Positions 1 through 18,252 of a stretch of DNA of 64,000 bases are shown one piece after another. The notes under the pieces were generated by a model, which was not told the origin of the DNA, made no database searches, and was given only the letters and a program-made list of their open reading frames with translations. The DNA lies in NCBI RefSeq assembly GCF_009914755.1, contig NC_060925.1; one strand, given 5' to 3'. Source of the stretch: the human T2T-CHM13v2.0 reference genome, Homo sapiens. The position numbers and the translations under genes were made by a program. Each line of letters starts with the position of its first letter. The stretch's first letter is position 1.

Positions 1-260
1 AAAACCTATTTTTAAGAAATTATTTTAAATAAAATTTATTCTTATTTCAACCAACAATTTTGAGAAAGGAAAATTTAAGTAGATTTTTTTCCATTTAGAG
101 TGGATACTTTTTGCTTTCTCAAATTTGGAACATGTTTAGTTTCATATATTCATAATGATAAGCATCATTATGTTAATTGTGCTCTAGTCTCCCCTTTTCT
201 GCAGATTTAAATACTTGCATGAGAAGGAAAGGATTGAACATGCCATTTTAATTTTTGTAG

Positions 261-397
261 ATACACACCTGTGGGGCGTTCATTTTTCTCCGCTCCAGAA
301 GGATATGACCACCCTCTGGGAGGGGGCAGGGAAGTGTGGTTTGGATTCCATCAGTCTGTTCGGCCTGCCATGTGGAAAATGATGCTTAATATCGATG
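261..397 (+). CDS. AGO3: Argonaute-3 coding exon (exon 5; L1 region, [45 protein letters not shown])
   Basis: tttgtag acceptor, G|gtaagg donor; 137 nt; SAPEGYDHP is AGO3-type. Confidence 0.97.
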
Positions 398-2805
398 GTA
401 AGGGAACTAAAGCCATATTCTGTATTGGGTGGTGGATTTCTGTATGATGTGTGTACATAAATTTTATATATAATTATACATACTGGTGTCTCGAAGTAAT
501 ATTTGGACATGTATTATGATCTACTGGAGAAACCTTTATATTTTTATTACATTTCATTTAGAAAGCCTGTAGAATTTACCTTGGAATGCTGCTAAACATG
601 AAGCAAGCACATGAAGACAGATTTAAAAGCCCTGATGATTATCTGAGCAATCTTCTATTATAACTCACTTTTGCCCTTTTAACTCTAAGCCAACATTTTA
701 TTATGAAATATATATTTTAAGAAAGATAATTCTGTTGGGCATGGTGACCCCCAGATGTTATACCCACTGCTGGTCTTAATGTGATGCTAATTGCATTCTT
801 GTTTTTAGGTGTTTTCTTACAAAATATTTTCAAGCTTATGTAAAAACAGAGAGAGTAGTATTATGAACTACCACATAGGTAGCCATTACTCAGATTGTCA
901 GAATTTTTCTACCTTTGCGTAATCCGAGTACATTTCTTCCTCTACAGTAGTGTTTTTAAATCTAATTCCAGACAGCATGTTATTTTATCCCTATTACTTC
1001 AATGTGTACCTCTAAAACTATGGATATTTTCTTATAGCAGCAATGGCATTATCATATGTAGGAAAATTATAAACAAGCATTTATTTTTACCCTCTAATAC
1101 CTGTCCACAATCAGATTTCCCTGATTGTCTGAAATATGCCTTTTTCTTGTTAGCTGGTTCTAATCAGAATCCAAACAAGATCCACACATCACATTTGATT
1201 ATTGTGCCTTTTGCCATCTAGTAGTCCCATTTCCTTTCCTGTTTTCTTATTTCTTTATGCCATTGACATTTTACAAAAACTGGGTCACTTGTTCTGTAGA
1301 ATATGTTCAAATCTGATTTTGTCTTTTTGTTTTCTTGTGTTATTACCTTGTTCCTCTATCCCCTGTTTTTTCTGAAAATGAAAGTTAGCTTAGAAGTTTC
1401 ATTCCATTCTGGTTCAAAATGCTTAAGTGCTTTATGTCGTGTCATATTAGGAAACACAGTATCTAGTGGTCCCAATTTTAGTGATTCAAAAATCAGTCTC
1501 TAGGTTCAGAGATTAATCAGTAGATTCAGAGATCTCTCCATTGTAAATTTCTTAATTAACCTTTGAATTGCTAATGTTCTGTTCACTGATCGTTGTGGCC
1601 CAAATTATTTATTTCACTAGGGATTACGAACTGGTAATTTTTCTGTTATTCTTTTTGCATTAGGTGGAATTTTTCTGTGGAAAAGCTCAGTGTCCTATTG
1701 AAAATTAGTAAATGTTTGAAAGCTTTCTTGCTTTCGGGCACAGCAGGATATTCCTTGCTCATCTTATATTTCCTGCCCAGTACCTGAAATTAGACATTCC
1801 TCCAAGGATCCCTGGATCCTTCCAGATTAGGGTATAGTTTCCTCATTTTTTCAGCTGCACCTACCATTGTGTAATATATGATTGAGGAGGGGATATATTT
1901 AACCAGTTTTCTTTAGATGTATACTAGGGTTATTTTTAACTTTTCTATTTTACATCATTTTATGTATATTAAGATAAGTCTGTAAGATACATTCCTGGCG
2001 GTTAGACTGATGAGTTAAGGGCAAATGTATTAATATTTGTAATTTGTATCATTGTTGCCAGATTGCACTCCATAGAGATAGTAAATATTTTGCATCAATG
2101 AATGAGAGTACCAGTTTCCTTATATCTTTGCCACTAGAATCATCAAACTCTTAGATTTTCTTCAATCAGATTTGCAAGAAACAGTTTTCTTGTGTCTTCT
2201 TAATTTGTATTTGACTACCTTTTCACAAATATAAGGGCCACTTGTGTTTCTTTTTTAATGAACTGTTAGTTTATATCTTTTGCCCTTTTTTTTCTATTGG
2301 ATTTTTCGTCTTCTTATTTACTGAGAATGCTTTCTAAATTAAGGAAGTTAGCTGTTCATCTGTCATGAGTTGCAGATATTTTACCTAGGTTGCTATTTGT
2401 CTTTTGACCTTTGGTATTGTGATGTTTTTTTTGTTGTTGTTTTTGTTTTTGCCATGCAGAAGTTTGTTTGTATGTTGGTGTGTGCACACATACATATGTA
2501 TTGGTCAGTCATTTCTTTTATGACTTTTAATATCTGATAGGACTAGTCCCATTTTTCTCTTTTCAGGGTTTTCCAGACCATTCTTATGTATAAGCTTTAG
2601 AAATTCCTTGTTTAGATCCAGTGAGTGGGAGAGGACAGATTGTTATTTTTATTGAGATCCTATTAGATTTATAAATTAAGTTAGGACAAATTGGCATATT
2701 TAAGGTGTTGTCTTTTCTGTCAAAGAATATACTATGTCTTTCTATTTGTTTAAGATTACTTTCATTTTCAAGAGATCTTAAAGCTTCACATAAATTTTGC
2801 ACATT

Positions 2806-3121
2806 TCTTTTTTTTTTTCTTTCTTTCTTTTCTTTTTTCTTTCTTTTTTTTGAGACAGAGTTTCGCTCTGGAGTACAATGGAGTGATCTCGGCTCACAGC
2901 AACCTCCGCCTCCCAGGTTCAAGCAATTCTCATGCCTCAGCCTCCCAAGCAACTGTGATTACAGGCATGCACCACCACACCCAGCTAATTTTGTATTTTT
3001 AGTAGAGATGGGGTTTCACCATGTTGGTCAGGCTGGTCTCGAACTCCTGATTTCAGGTGGTCCACCCACCTCAGCCTCCCAGAGTGCTGGGATTACAGGC
3101 GTGAGCCACTGCACCCAGGCC
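2806..3121 (-). mobile_element. AluS
   Basis: T-tail plus antisense Alu consensus. Confidence 0.93.
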
Positions 3122-3950
3122 ATTTCTTGTTATTCCAGGATATTTTCTCCTTTTTGTTGCTATTAAATGGGTTTATAGATACTAACTGGTAATTGCTTAT
3201 ATATATTCAGGCTTTTGATTTCTGTATACTTTCTCTCTTTCTGTGTTATTGAATTCCATTATTGTTTGTGGTATTTTTTCAAGCGATTTTATTGGGGTTT
3301 CTAGGTTATAATCATCACCTGCAACTAGTGATAAGTTTACCTCTTCCTTTGGATTTTTATACCTCTAATTTTTTTTATCAGATTATATAGACTAATTAGA
3401 CAGGGTAGGATTAAATAGTAGTGATTAATGTGCGTCCTTTTTCTTTCTTGCTCTAGAAGCATTAAGCATTGTATGTATACATTGTCATATTAAGGAATAT
3501 CTGTTTCTTATTAAGTACGTTTATCAAGAGTATGTGTTAAATTTTGTCAGATGCCTTTTCAGCATCTATGGAGCTGATGATGTGATATTTCTCTTATTTT
3601 TAACAAACATTGAACCAAACCAGGACTCCTAGATTCTTTTAATTGATGCTGGATTCTGTTTGCTAATACTTTCCTTTTATAAATTAACATGCAGAAGTCA
3701 TATTAATCTGCAGCCTTCCTTTTTTGTACAATCTTTGTCAAGTTTTGGTATTATTTCCTAAAAAATTCAGAAGTTTTCCATTTTCTAAAATGTATAACAG
3801 TTTTAAAATAGTATTGATATTATCAGCTCTTGTATGATTTCGTAGAATTCCCCTATAAAACCTTGTGACCTGCCGTTTTTTGTTTGGTTTGGTTTGGTTT
3901 GCTAGGTAGCTGTTTTAAAACTTCCCTCATTTATTTTGTGAAAATCAGTC

Positions 3951-4159
3951 TAATAATTTATCGTACAATTAAAAATAACTAAAAATATAATTGGATTGTT
4001 GGTAACATAAAGAAAGGATAAATGCTTGAGGTAATGGATACCCCATTTACCCTGATCTGATTATTATGCATTATATGCTTGTATCAAAAGCTCGTGTAAC
4101 CCATAGATATATACATCTAGTATGTACCCATAAAAATTTTTTTTTAATTAAAAAAAAAA
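3951..4159 (+). mobile_element. L1MA1-3-like 3' end with A-tail
   Basis: ggataaatgcttgaggtaatggataccccatttaccctg...tatgtacccataaaaa. Confidence 0.85.
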
Positions 4160-4231
4160 GTCTGTTCAGGCTGTTTAGGTTCACTTTTGGTAGCTCACAT
4201 TTTACTGGAAAATTATTTTATTCATATGTAA

Positions 4232-4594
<363 letters not shown>

Positions 4595-5090
4595 TGAAAT
4601 TCTGTGTATTTTTGTGGTTTTCCCAGTCTGTTATTTTGCATATGTATGCTTTGTTCTTTTTACTTTTTTTTCAGGTAGTGAAATTCAGTGGTATTTATTT
4701 TTCTCCATCTTTTTCAAGCTTTCAACAATAAGCATCTATTACTTCTTATCAAAAAACTAAAAAAAAGACGGTATGGCATCATAAATATTTATTTTAGAAA
4801 ACAAAATGTATTTATTGAGTGCTTTCTGATTAAGAACAAAGTATAGTTAATGAATGCTGATTGTTTAATTAAGTAGTTTAATCCTTAACCTTTTTTCCTA
4901 TGCCCTGACTTCTTTTTTGGTAACATAGTCTTCCCAATTAATGAATTACTGAAACCTATAATAAAGAATATTTTCTATTATTCTAGCTCAGGTGTATATT
5001 TAGTACTTAAACTTAAATACTTGAATCAATGAAATAAAATCTTGATGAACTCTTTCTAGAGATGTAAGGTACCCAAATTTCTTGACACAA

Positions 5091-5378
<288 letters not shown>

Positions 5379-5937
5379 GAAAACAATTTTTTTTTTTATT
5401 AACGTTAAACTCACTAGAAAACTCTCAAGAATTGTGTTGAAGATCATTTGAAAATATATCTGCCAACTTCCTCTTCCTTCCTGAAGTGTGTTTACAGACA
5501 GAGCAAGTTACAACAGTCTTACTATTCTTTGAGGATAGAGCAGCTTCCTGGGGATTCTGGAGGCTCAGTTTTCTGGTCTGTTATTAGGACACAATACTGA
5601 TGTTGAGGAAAGTAAGGCCTTGCTGACAATGGGAATTATTCTTAAAAGTTATTTTTCTATCTATTTTAGCTAGATTAGTAACATGTACTTTCATTTTGTT
5701 GGTGGAAATATTTAAAACAATTATTTTTCTGGTGATCACTGTTTTAGCCGTATTACAAAGCTTCTAATATGTAGTATTTTTATTATATTCTAGAAACTAG
5801 AAATACATAATATTATTTTCTAGAAACTCCACAAATTTCATTTGTATTTCCTCTGTGCTTGAAATATTGTTTGAGAGACTTTTCAAATTTTCAGATTGAA
5901 GATCTTTTTGTTTTCTGGATTTGTTGTGAATTTCTAG

Positions 5938-6281
<344 letters not shown>

Positions 6282-9029
6282 TTAGAGTTTCTAGAGGTAT
6301 TTTTTGTAGCCCAATATACGGTCAATTTTTGTGATAGTTCTATGGCTATATGAAAATAAGATATTCATATATTAGTTTAGAGTGAAATATCCATCAGAGC
6401 TACCAGTTTGATTATGTTGCTTATGTCATTTATTTCCTTAGTTTTGTTTTTTGTTCTCTCAGACTAGGATAAATAAATTTCCTATTATTAATATCTTTCT
6501 GTTTCTTCTTTTATCTCCTGTAATTTCCATTTTCTGAATGTTGCTACTGTATTAGGAGCATATATATTCATATCTGTTTTCGTTATGAATTATAACCTTT
6601 ATATAAGTGACTTTCTTTTTGTACTTTTTGACCAAAATTCTACATTATCTAATAAAAAGATTGCACTTCATGCTTTTGTGAACTTTATCCTATCCTTTAA
6701 CTTTTTTTTTCAGGTATATCTTGATGACAGCATAGAATGGTTTGCTTTGTGGGTCAGTTTAAAGCTTTTTTTCTGTTTGGTGGATGAATTAAGCCAGATA
6801 TAGATAGGAAGGACATATCTTTCTGTCAAGTCACAACCATTGGTCATGGTTTTGTAAAATTATTTTATGCCATTTTTTACATTTGTATATATTTTGAAAC
6901 TTTGAGTGTTGTGTTTTCTGTGCTTTTTAAATGGTAGTCCTCATCTTAGGAAGATTTTTCCCCCCAGTGGTTATCTTTATACTTATACCTTCATATGATA
7001 CCTATCTTCCTCTGTTTTAAAGCAGTCTTTTGTTTCCCTTAATTGAGTAACAATTACATTAGCTTTATTCTCTTCCCTTCTTTCTACTAGTTTTAGCCAA
7101 TATAGTATTATTTTATTGCTCTTTATAATTTTATTCTGTCATGTTGCTTAAGTTTTTACTGATTGACTTTCAACTTTGACTCCTACCTGTTGCACATGAG
7201 GTGCAGTCATTGAGCTTATTCTACTTTTCATATATTCTACTCTTAACATCCATTTGTATATATTCATTGATTTGAATTCCTACATTCTTAGACCATGTAA
7301 CAGTTTCATTCCATTTGTTTTCAATCTTAAATCTGCAATTAAATGTATTGTTGCTCACTGCCAGTCCTTTTGCTGAAATTTTTCTGGTCATTTGTTGGTT
7401 TCAGTTTGTCCTCAAGTTGTTTCTTCAAGAAATGCTCATATGAATAAGGCCTGAGTTATCTGTAGCCTTATTCCTGAAGGACTGTTTGGCTAGATGTGGA
7501 ATTGTTGGCTCACACTTTTTCCTTGAGTACCTTGTAGGTATTTTTCCACTGTCTTCTGGCATTGACTGTTCAATAGAGAAGTATGATGCCAGCTTGATTT
7601 TATTTTTCTTAGAAGGAGTGTGCTTTTTTGTGTGTGATTGCTGAAAGTATTTCTTCCAAATACCAAATAATTTAGAAATTATTTTATTAAGTGACATCAG
7701 TAAAATTACTAGATGTTTTCTTAGTTGACCATTTTGGGTCAGTTTTATATCCATCATTTTATTTACTTTTAAAAAATTTCTATCCTACATGCTTCTTACT
7801 GTGCCTTTGGTGTTGTATATTTTTACCATGTGCTCATTGCATTTTAGTCTTCATCTTTTTAATTCTTAAAATTCTTTTTCTCCCATTTCTTTTCTGAGTT
7901 CTGCCATGCTTGTTTCACTACAACTCCTGTTGACTGGTTAGTTGCTCCTTGAGTTTCTAAATTTCTCCTCTGAACTTTTTCTTCATAACTGCATTAGGAA
8001 TTTTTCAGTGTGAGTAAAAAGTAGGGTTTTAATTTTCCTCTGCTTTGTGATGATATTGTCTGTTGAGTTTTCTTTGTCAGAAATGTCGCGGTGCCTTTTT
8101 ACATTTTTTTCTATGGTATTATTGTATGTATACTTACCACTTTTTTGTTGCTTATATTGGCATGAGATGAGTTTCCCAAACCATCTGTTAGAAGGGACTT
8201 AAGGGTGTTAGGAACATTAGGAACACCTTCGGAGCAAGATAGTTTTCCAGGTTTCTGTGCTCAAGGCCTCTCTCCTCCATTGTTCTGGTGGACTCTTTCT
8301 TCAAAATGCAGCCACATCTCCTATGCCTCTCAGTAACTTAAGGGGTTTAAGTAATATGAACTACCAGCCATGAGTTCCCCAGGTCCTGACTAGTTCTGCT
8401 ACCAAGGGATGCACCTCCTACCCTTTAAATTGCCTGCCTCAAATGTTAACAATTAAAGAATTTGTGACAGGTATACAGGAGTTTTTTGTACTATTCTTAT
8501 AACTTTTCTGTAAGTTCGAAACTACTTCAAAAGAAGAAATTACAAAAGAGCATGCCTCACTTGTAAAAGGGTGGTCCTTTCTGAGATCTGTCACTTCCAA
8601 ACCACCCTCCACTTATTGTTCTGCCACTTTCTACACCTCCTTTCCTTACCTCCTTCTGAGAATCCCCCATTTAATCTCAGTTCTAAACATTGTAGTTCCC
8701 GCTTGGTATAGATTCTTTTCTTTCTGGGAGTAAATATGTGCTATTCCCCCACCAGATTCCTTTATACTTCTTGTCATTCTCTCATGCTCAGATGTGGCTT
8801 CTTTTAGTCTCAAGTACTTTGGGTCATATTTACTTAGAAGTTGGCATTTTTAGGTTTTTATTATCCCCTAGTTTCACTAAAGATATATGGTATTTTTTGT
8901 TTTTAACATTGTTTTTGTTGCTCTGTACAGGTTCTAGGAGAAAGATGGGAAAATTTGGAACTAAATTGCTGTTATGTTCCTACTAGAACTTGAAGTCCAG
9001 CTTTGAAAATTATTAAGAAATAATTTCTA

Positions 9030-9160
9030 GGCTGGGTGTGGTAGCTCACACCTGTAATCCTAGCACTTTGGGAGGCCAAGGTGGGAGGATCACTTGAGCC
9101 TTGGAGTTTGAGACCAGCCTGGGCAACATAGTGAGACCCCATCTCTATTAAAAAATAAAG
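9030..9160 (+). mobile_element. FLAM/Alu left monomer
   Basis: monomer with TSD aagaaat(a/g)atttcta. Confidence 0.88.
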
Positions 9161-9439
9161 AAATGATTTCTAAATAACCCCTTGTTTAAAGAAATCACAG
9201 AGAAAATTTTGAACTGAAGGACAATGAATACAATACATATCAGAACTGGTATGATCAGCTAAAGCAATGCTTAGAGAGAATTTAAAACTTGAAATGCCGA
9301 TTTTAAAAGAAAAAAGCATCAGTGACATAAGCATTCATTCTCAACAAGTTAGAAAAATCACAGAAAATTAAATGCAAAGAGAATAGAAAGAAATAAAAGA
9401 TAAAAACAAATCAATGAAATAGGAAAACTTCTCTCTATC

Positions 9440-9650
9440 CTTTAGATAGGGATACTTCAAAGGTTTTTAAGAAGGATAGTGACATGATCATATTTGTTTT
9501 CCAGAAAGAGACCTCTGGCAGCAGTGTGGAGAATAGATAGAGGAGAAAAAACTAATCTGAGAAGCCAGTTAGGAGGCTTTTCAATCACTAGTTCAGGTAA
9601 GAGATGGTGATGGTCTAATGTGGGATGGAGAGGAAGGATTAAGCTGAAAA
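9440..9650 (-). mobile_element. L2 fragment
   Basis: gtgacatgatc...ctctggcagcagtgtggagaat...ccagttaggaggc is typical antisense L2. Confidence 0.75.
9505..9596 (+). other. Candidate L2-derived stop-containing alternative exon in intron 5
   Basis: tttgttttccag acceptor, CAG|gtaaga donor; reads ERDLWQQCGE* after exon 5. Confidence 0.55.
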
Positions 9651-9788
9651 AATAGGTTTAAGAACCATGTCCAGAAAAAAAAAACTTTGGGTGTAGTACT
9701 GGTACATGGAACGGATTGGAAAAAAATAGACCAGAGCTTTACTAGATTTTTGAAAGAATTGTTTTTGCAAATAAACTACAAGCCTGGC

Positions 9789-10507
<719 letters not shown>

Positions 10508-11070
10508 CCTGGTCTGAAATTTTCTGTGATTATTCAGCCCTCGAAACAACTTTCAGGTACAGTGACTGCCATAATGTAAACTGGCTCCCAAGAAGGTCAT
10601 ACTCTCCAATGTACATTCAGAGTACTGACTCTGAGTTTTCTGCCAGGTATGAATGGTGGTACTGTCAACTGAATATGGAGGTAGATCTGCTATTGCTGGT
10701 TAGTTGGCAGTATACACCATGTATCAATGTTAACATGTCCAAAGCTTGAGGATTCTATGGAACATATAGATAGACATATCTAGTGTATATTTAGAAATTT
10801 AGGTATGAAAATCTATAATGGTGGGAGCTGAAAGTAAGAGTGTTGGGACTCTTCAGTATGTAAATCCATATTTGAAACTATAGAAGTGGAAAAACTCTTT
10901 AGGAATAGTATTTAGATTGAAACAGGAAAGAGGAGGATAAAGCCGTCGAGGAATACTAGCATTTAAGAAAAAAAGAACTAGTGAGCAAGTAATGATTATA
11001 CAAGGCAATATGAGACACCAAATATGATGTCAAAAAAGCCAAGAGGGGAAACATATCCAAAAAATAAATG

Positions 11071-11235
11071 AGCTGGGCACAGGGGCTCACGCCTGTAGTC
11101 CCAGCTACTTGGGAGGCTAAGGCAGGAGGATAGCCTAAGCCCCAGGAGTTGCAGGCTGCAGTGAGCTGTAATTGAGCCACTGTACTCCAGCCTGGGCAAC
11201 AGAGTGAGACCCCTATCTCTAAAAAAAGAAACAAA
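11071..11235 (+). mobile_element. FRAM/Alu right monomer
   Basis: single monomer with A-tail. Confidence 0.85.
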
Positions 11236-11353
11236 AAGTAGATGATTTCACAGTTAAACAATGAGAGCTTTTTCAATAAAATCAAGAGACAAGGATATCA
11301 GTGCTATGATTTTTAGTCACTATTGTGTTTGCTAACTTCTGTTCTTCTTACAG

Positions 11354-11650
11354 GTTTCAGTCTACATGTTACTTCCTTGAGAAGCAGTGTTTGACACCCT
11401 TCTCCCCCAATCCAGCCATCCCCCAAGTCTGAGTTAGGTATTTCTCTTCTGTATTCCCATAGCACAGTGTAATTCCCCTATAATAGCATGTATCACCTTG
11501 AATTATGGGTGTTTATTGTTCTGTCTCTCCTGTTAGAACGAAAGCTCCATGAAGGGATTGTCATTTTATTCACCAGTGTACCCTCTATGCCCAGCACAAC
11601 TTTTGGTCATATTAAACAAAGAATGAATAAATAAATCCAAGAGCATAGGA
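11354..11650 (+). other. Candidate L2-derived alternative last exon
   Basis: gctaac branch + ttctgttcttcttacag acceptor; ATTAAA 11611, AATAAA 11626 and 11630 in the L2 tail. Confidence 0.4.
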
Positions 11651-11894
11651 GGAGGAGCATCCAAATGAGCCTGAAAAATTAGAGAAATATTTGTAGTAGT
11701 ATGTGATATCTTAGCTGAGCTTAACAAGTATAATGAGATCAAGAGTTTGGATTGAAAATGAGGTACTCAGGAATAAACGATTTCTGAGGTCTCTAAGATA
11801 TTATAAAACTTTATTGAAAGATCTAAGAAAATTTAATGAAACACATTGTCCTTATTAATCTATAAATATAGTTTTAATTAAAATTCCAATAGGG

Positions 11895-12185
11895 GGCCAG
11901 GTACGGTGGGTATGCCAGTATTTCCAGCACATTGGGAGGCCAAGGTGGGAGGATTGCTTGAGCCTGGGAGTTCTGACCAACATGGTGAAACCCTATTGCT
12001 AAAAAAAGACAAAAAAATTAGCCAGGCGTAGAGGTGTGTGACTGTAGTCCCAGCTACTCAAGAGGCTCAGTTGGGAGAATCGCTTGAGCCCAGAAGTCGA
12101 GGCTGCAGTGAACTGTGATCTCACCACTGTACTCCAGCCTGGGCAACAGAATTAGAACCTGTCTCAAAAAACAAATAAAATAAAA
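11895..12185 (+). mobile_element. AluJ
   Basis: TSD aaaattccaataggg. Confidence 0.92.
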
Positions 12186-13290
12186 TTCCAATAGGGTATA
12201 GTATAACACTTGATAAGTCGATATTAAGATTTATATGGAAGAATAAGTGACTAAGAAAAACCAATAGAATTTTAAAGAAAAATAAAGCAGAAATTGCCCT
12301 ACTTCCTATAAAACTGTAACAGTTATACCACATGGCTTCAGGTGCAGGAACAGGCAGATTAATGAAGCAGAGTCTAGAAACGAGCCACATATGTGTTTAT
12401 GGAAACTGTAAATATCTGATGTAGTGTTTCAGATCAGTAGGGAAAGAGTAGAATATTTAATAAATTGTGTTTACACAGTTTAACTTTAAAAAAATTAGAT
12501 CCATCTTACATTAGACACAAAATTTATTTCTAGGTGAATTATATCCCAAATATGAAAAGCAAATCTTCAAAATTCTTTTAGGATAAAAATGAGAGAATGT
12601 TCCTAACACCAAACAAAGTACAAAGTATAAACTGCAAAGGAAAATACTGATAAACTTGACCAAAATTTAAAACTTGTGTATCGCAAAAGAAACAATAAAG
12701 TTAAAAACATTAGAAAATTTGTAACTCATATAACTGAGAACTTTACAAAATATAAGAACAGATAAATTGAAAAATAGGTAGTTCTCAAAATAGGAAATGC
12801 ATATAGCCAGTAAACACATGAAAAGATTCTCATTCATTAATAATCAAGAACTTGCAAGTGAAATCAGTGTTACCATTTTCTACGCATCAGATTTGTAAAA
12901 TTAAAAAGCCTTATGATTTGCAAAAAGTGCAAGGTGAAAAGAAAAATCTTATGAAATACCAAATGTTGGTGAGGATGAAGTAAAAGGAACTCTCACACAT
13001 TGTTTGTAGTAGTACCATTTGGTACAACTACCCCGGAGAGCAATTCTCAACTAGAAGAGATGAAGTAAAGATGAAATTGCATAACTTAAAACCCATAAAG
13101 AGATATCTTGCATGTGTGCTTGAAACATTATATGTAATAGCAGAAAATTGGAAACAGCCTAAATTCCTGTCAGTAGCAGAATGAATAAACAGCACGTAAA
13201 TAGTTACATAATATTGTGGTGTACTACATAACAGTTAAATAAATGAACCAGATCTATATGTATCAATGTGAATTATTAAAATAATGTTGT

Positions 13291-14974
<1,684 letters not shown>

Positions 14975-15049
14975 CTATGGTAACTTAATGAAATGGAAAT
15001 AAAGCCTAACATTTGAAGTTGGTTTATTTTCTCCCCAGCTAATGTATTC

Positions 15050-15765
15050 AGGTATGATTAACAAGTAAAAGTTACATGTATTTGAGGTATACAGTGTGAT
15101 TTTTGATAATACATATGCATTGTGAAATGATTACCACAATCAAGGTAATGAATATAACAATCACCTCATAGGTATGTGAGAGACATAAGAACATGAAATT
15201 TACTCTCAGCGTATTTCAAGTATACAATAATAATTATAGTCACCATGCAGTACATTAGGTCTCCAGAACTTACTCATCTTATAACTGAAAGTTTATATGC
15301 TTTGACCAACATCTCACCATTTGCCTCAGCCCTCAGCCCTGGGTAACTACCATTCTAACCTCTGTTTCTGTGAGTTGAGCTTTCTTAGATTCCACATGTG
15401 AGATCATACAGTATTTGTCTTTCTGTGTCTTGCTTATTTTATTTAACATAATATCCTCCAGGTTCATCCATGTTGTCACAAATGACAAGACTTCCTTCTT
15501 TTAAAGGCTAAATAATATTCCATTTTATGTATATACCACATTCTTTTTATCCATTTGTCTGTCGATGGTCGCTTAGGTTGTTTCCATATCTTGGCTGTTG
15601 TGAATAATGCTGCAGTGAACATGGGAGTGCAGGGGTCTCCTTGAGATAGTGATTTTATTTACTTTGCATGTAGTCCCTGAAGTGGGATTGCTAGATCATG
15701 TAGTAGTTCTATTTTTAATTTTTTGAGGAACCTCCATACTGTTTTCCATAAAGGCTGCAACAAGG
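15050..15765 (-). mobile_element. L1MA/MB 3' end, antisense
   Basis: ctccagaacttactcatcttataactgaaagt...gaggaacctccatactgttttccata. Confidence 0.88.
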
Positions 15766-16209
15766 GTTTATTAATTGCCAATAAAATGCTATGAAAAATA
15801 ATGAGAAATATTGCACTGACCATCTTACTTGCTTACATTTCCTTTTTGCTTTTGCGTGATTTTGATTTTGCAAGCCTTGTACGTGGTATATGCACTGAAC
15901 TAAACAGCCTTTATTGAACTTGAAATCAGCTGGAGAAGACTGGTAATTGAGCACTATAATAAGTACTGTAAAGGAAAATACCAAGTGCAATGGAAGCATA
16001 AAAGGGAGGGATCCATTGTAGTCTCACTGGTTGAGGGATGTTTCCCTCAGGAAATGACAGATGGGAGCTAGGCGAAATTGGTGATGGAAATAAGCATGGA
16101 AGAGTACTCTAAGAAAGGGAGCAATTCTCTCTAATTGTGTGATTGGTCTTGAGAATGATTGTTCTATTGGCATTTAATAGCCTAACTTTCAACTGTGTAA
16201 TTAAACTTG

Positions 16210-16387
16210 CTGTATTTTACCAATCTAAGACTCAAAATTTTTTGTTTACATTTCAACATCTCTGAAATTGGGAGATATCTTACAATTGATGGTTTGTCAC
16301 AGTTCAGTTGGCAGGTTTCTTTTTAAAGAATACATAAAATACTGGTGCAGCTTACCATCAATGGCATCTTAGATTTGATGAAATGAA
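16210..16387. mobile_element. MER104-like TcMar MITE
   Basis: terminal inverted repeats ctgtattttaccaatctaaga / tcttagatttgatgaaatga; internal atctctgaaattggg. Confidence 0.75.
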
Positions 16388-16473
16388 GAATATTTCTTTA
16401 GCTTGTTTTGAGGCCAGCCCATTTGCAACTTGCATTTTATTATTGTAATTCACAGATTTTAAGACCATCATAG

Positions 16474-18252
<1,779 letters not shown>

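Noticed and set aside
280-510. Antisense 76-aa ORF over exon 5 (likewise 53949..54146 over exon 12)
   Set aside because: Shadow frames of AGO3 exons; no recognisable product.
4882-4889. Perfect U12 branch motif TCCTTAAC
   Set aside because: All AGO3 introns here have U2-type donors; no matching U12 5' site; within old L1.
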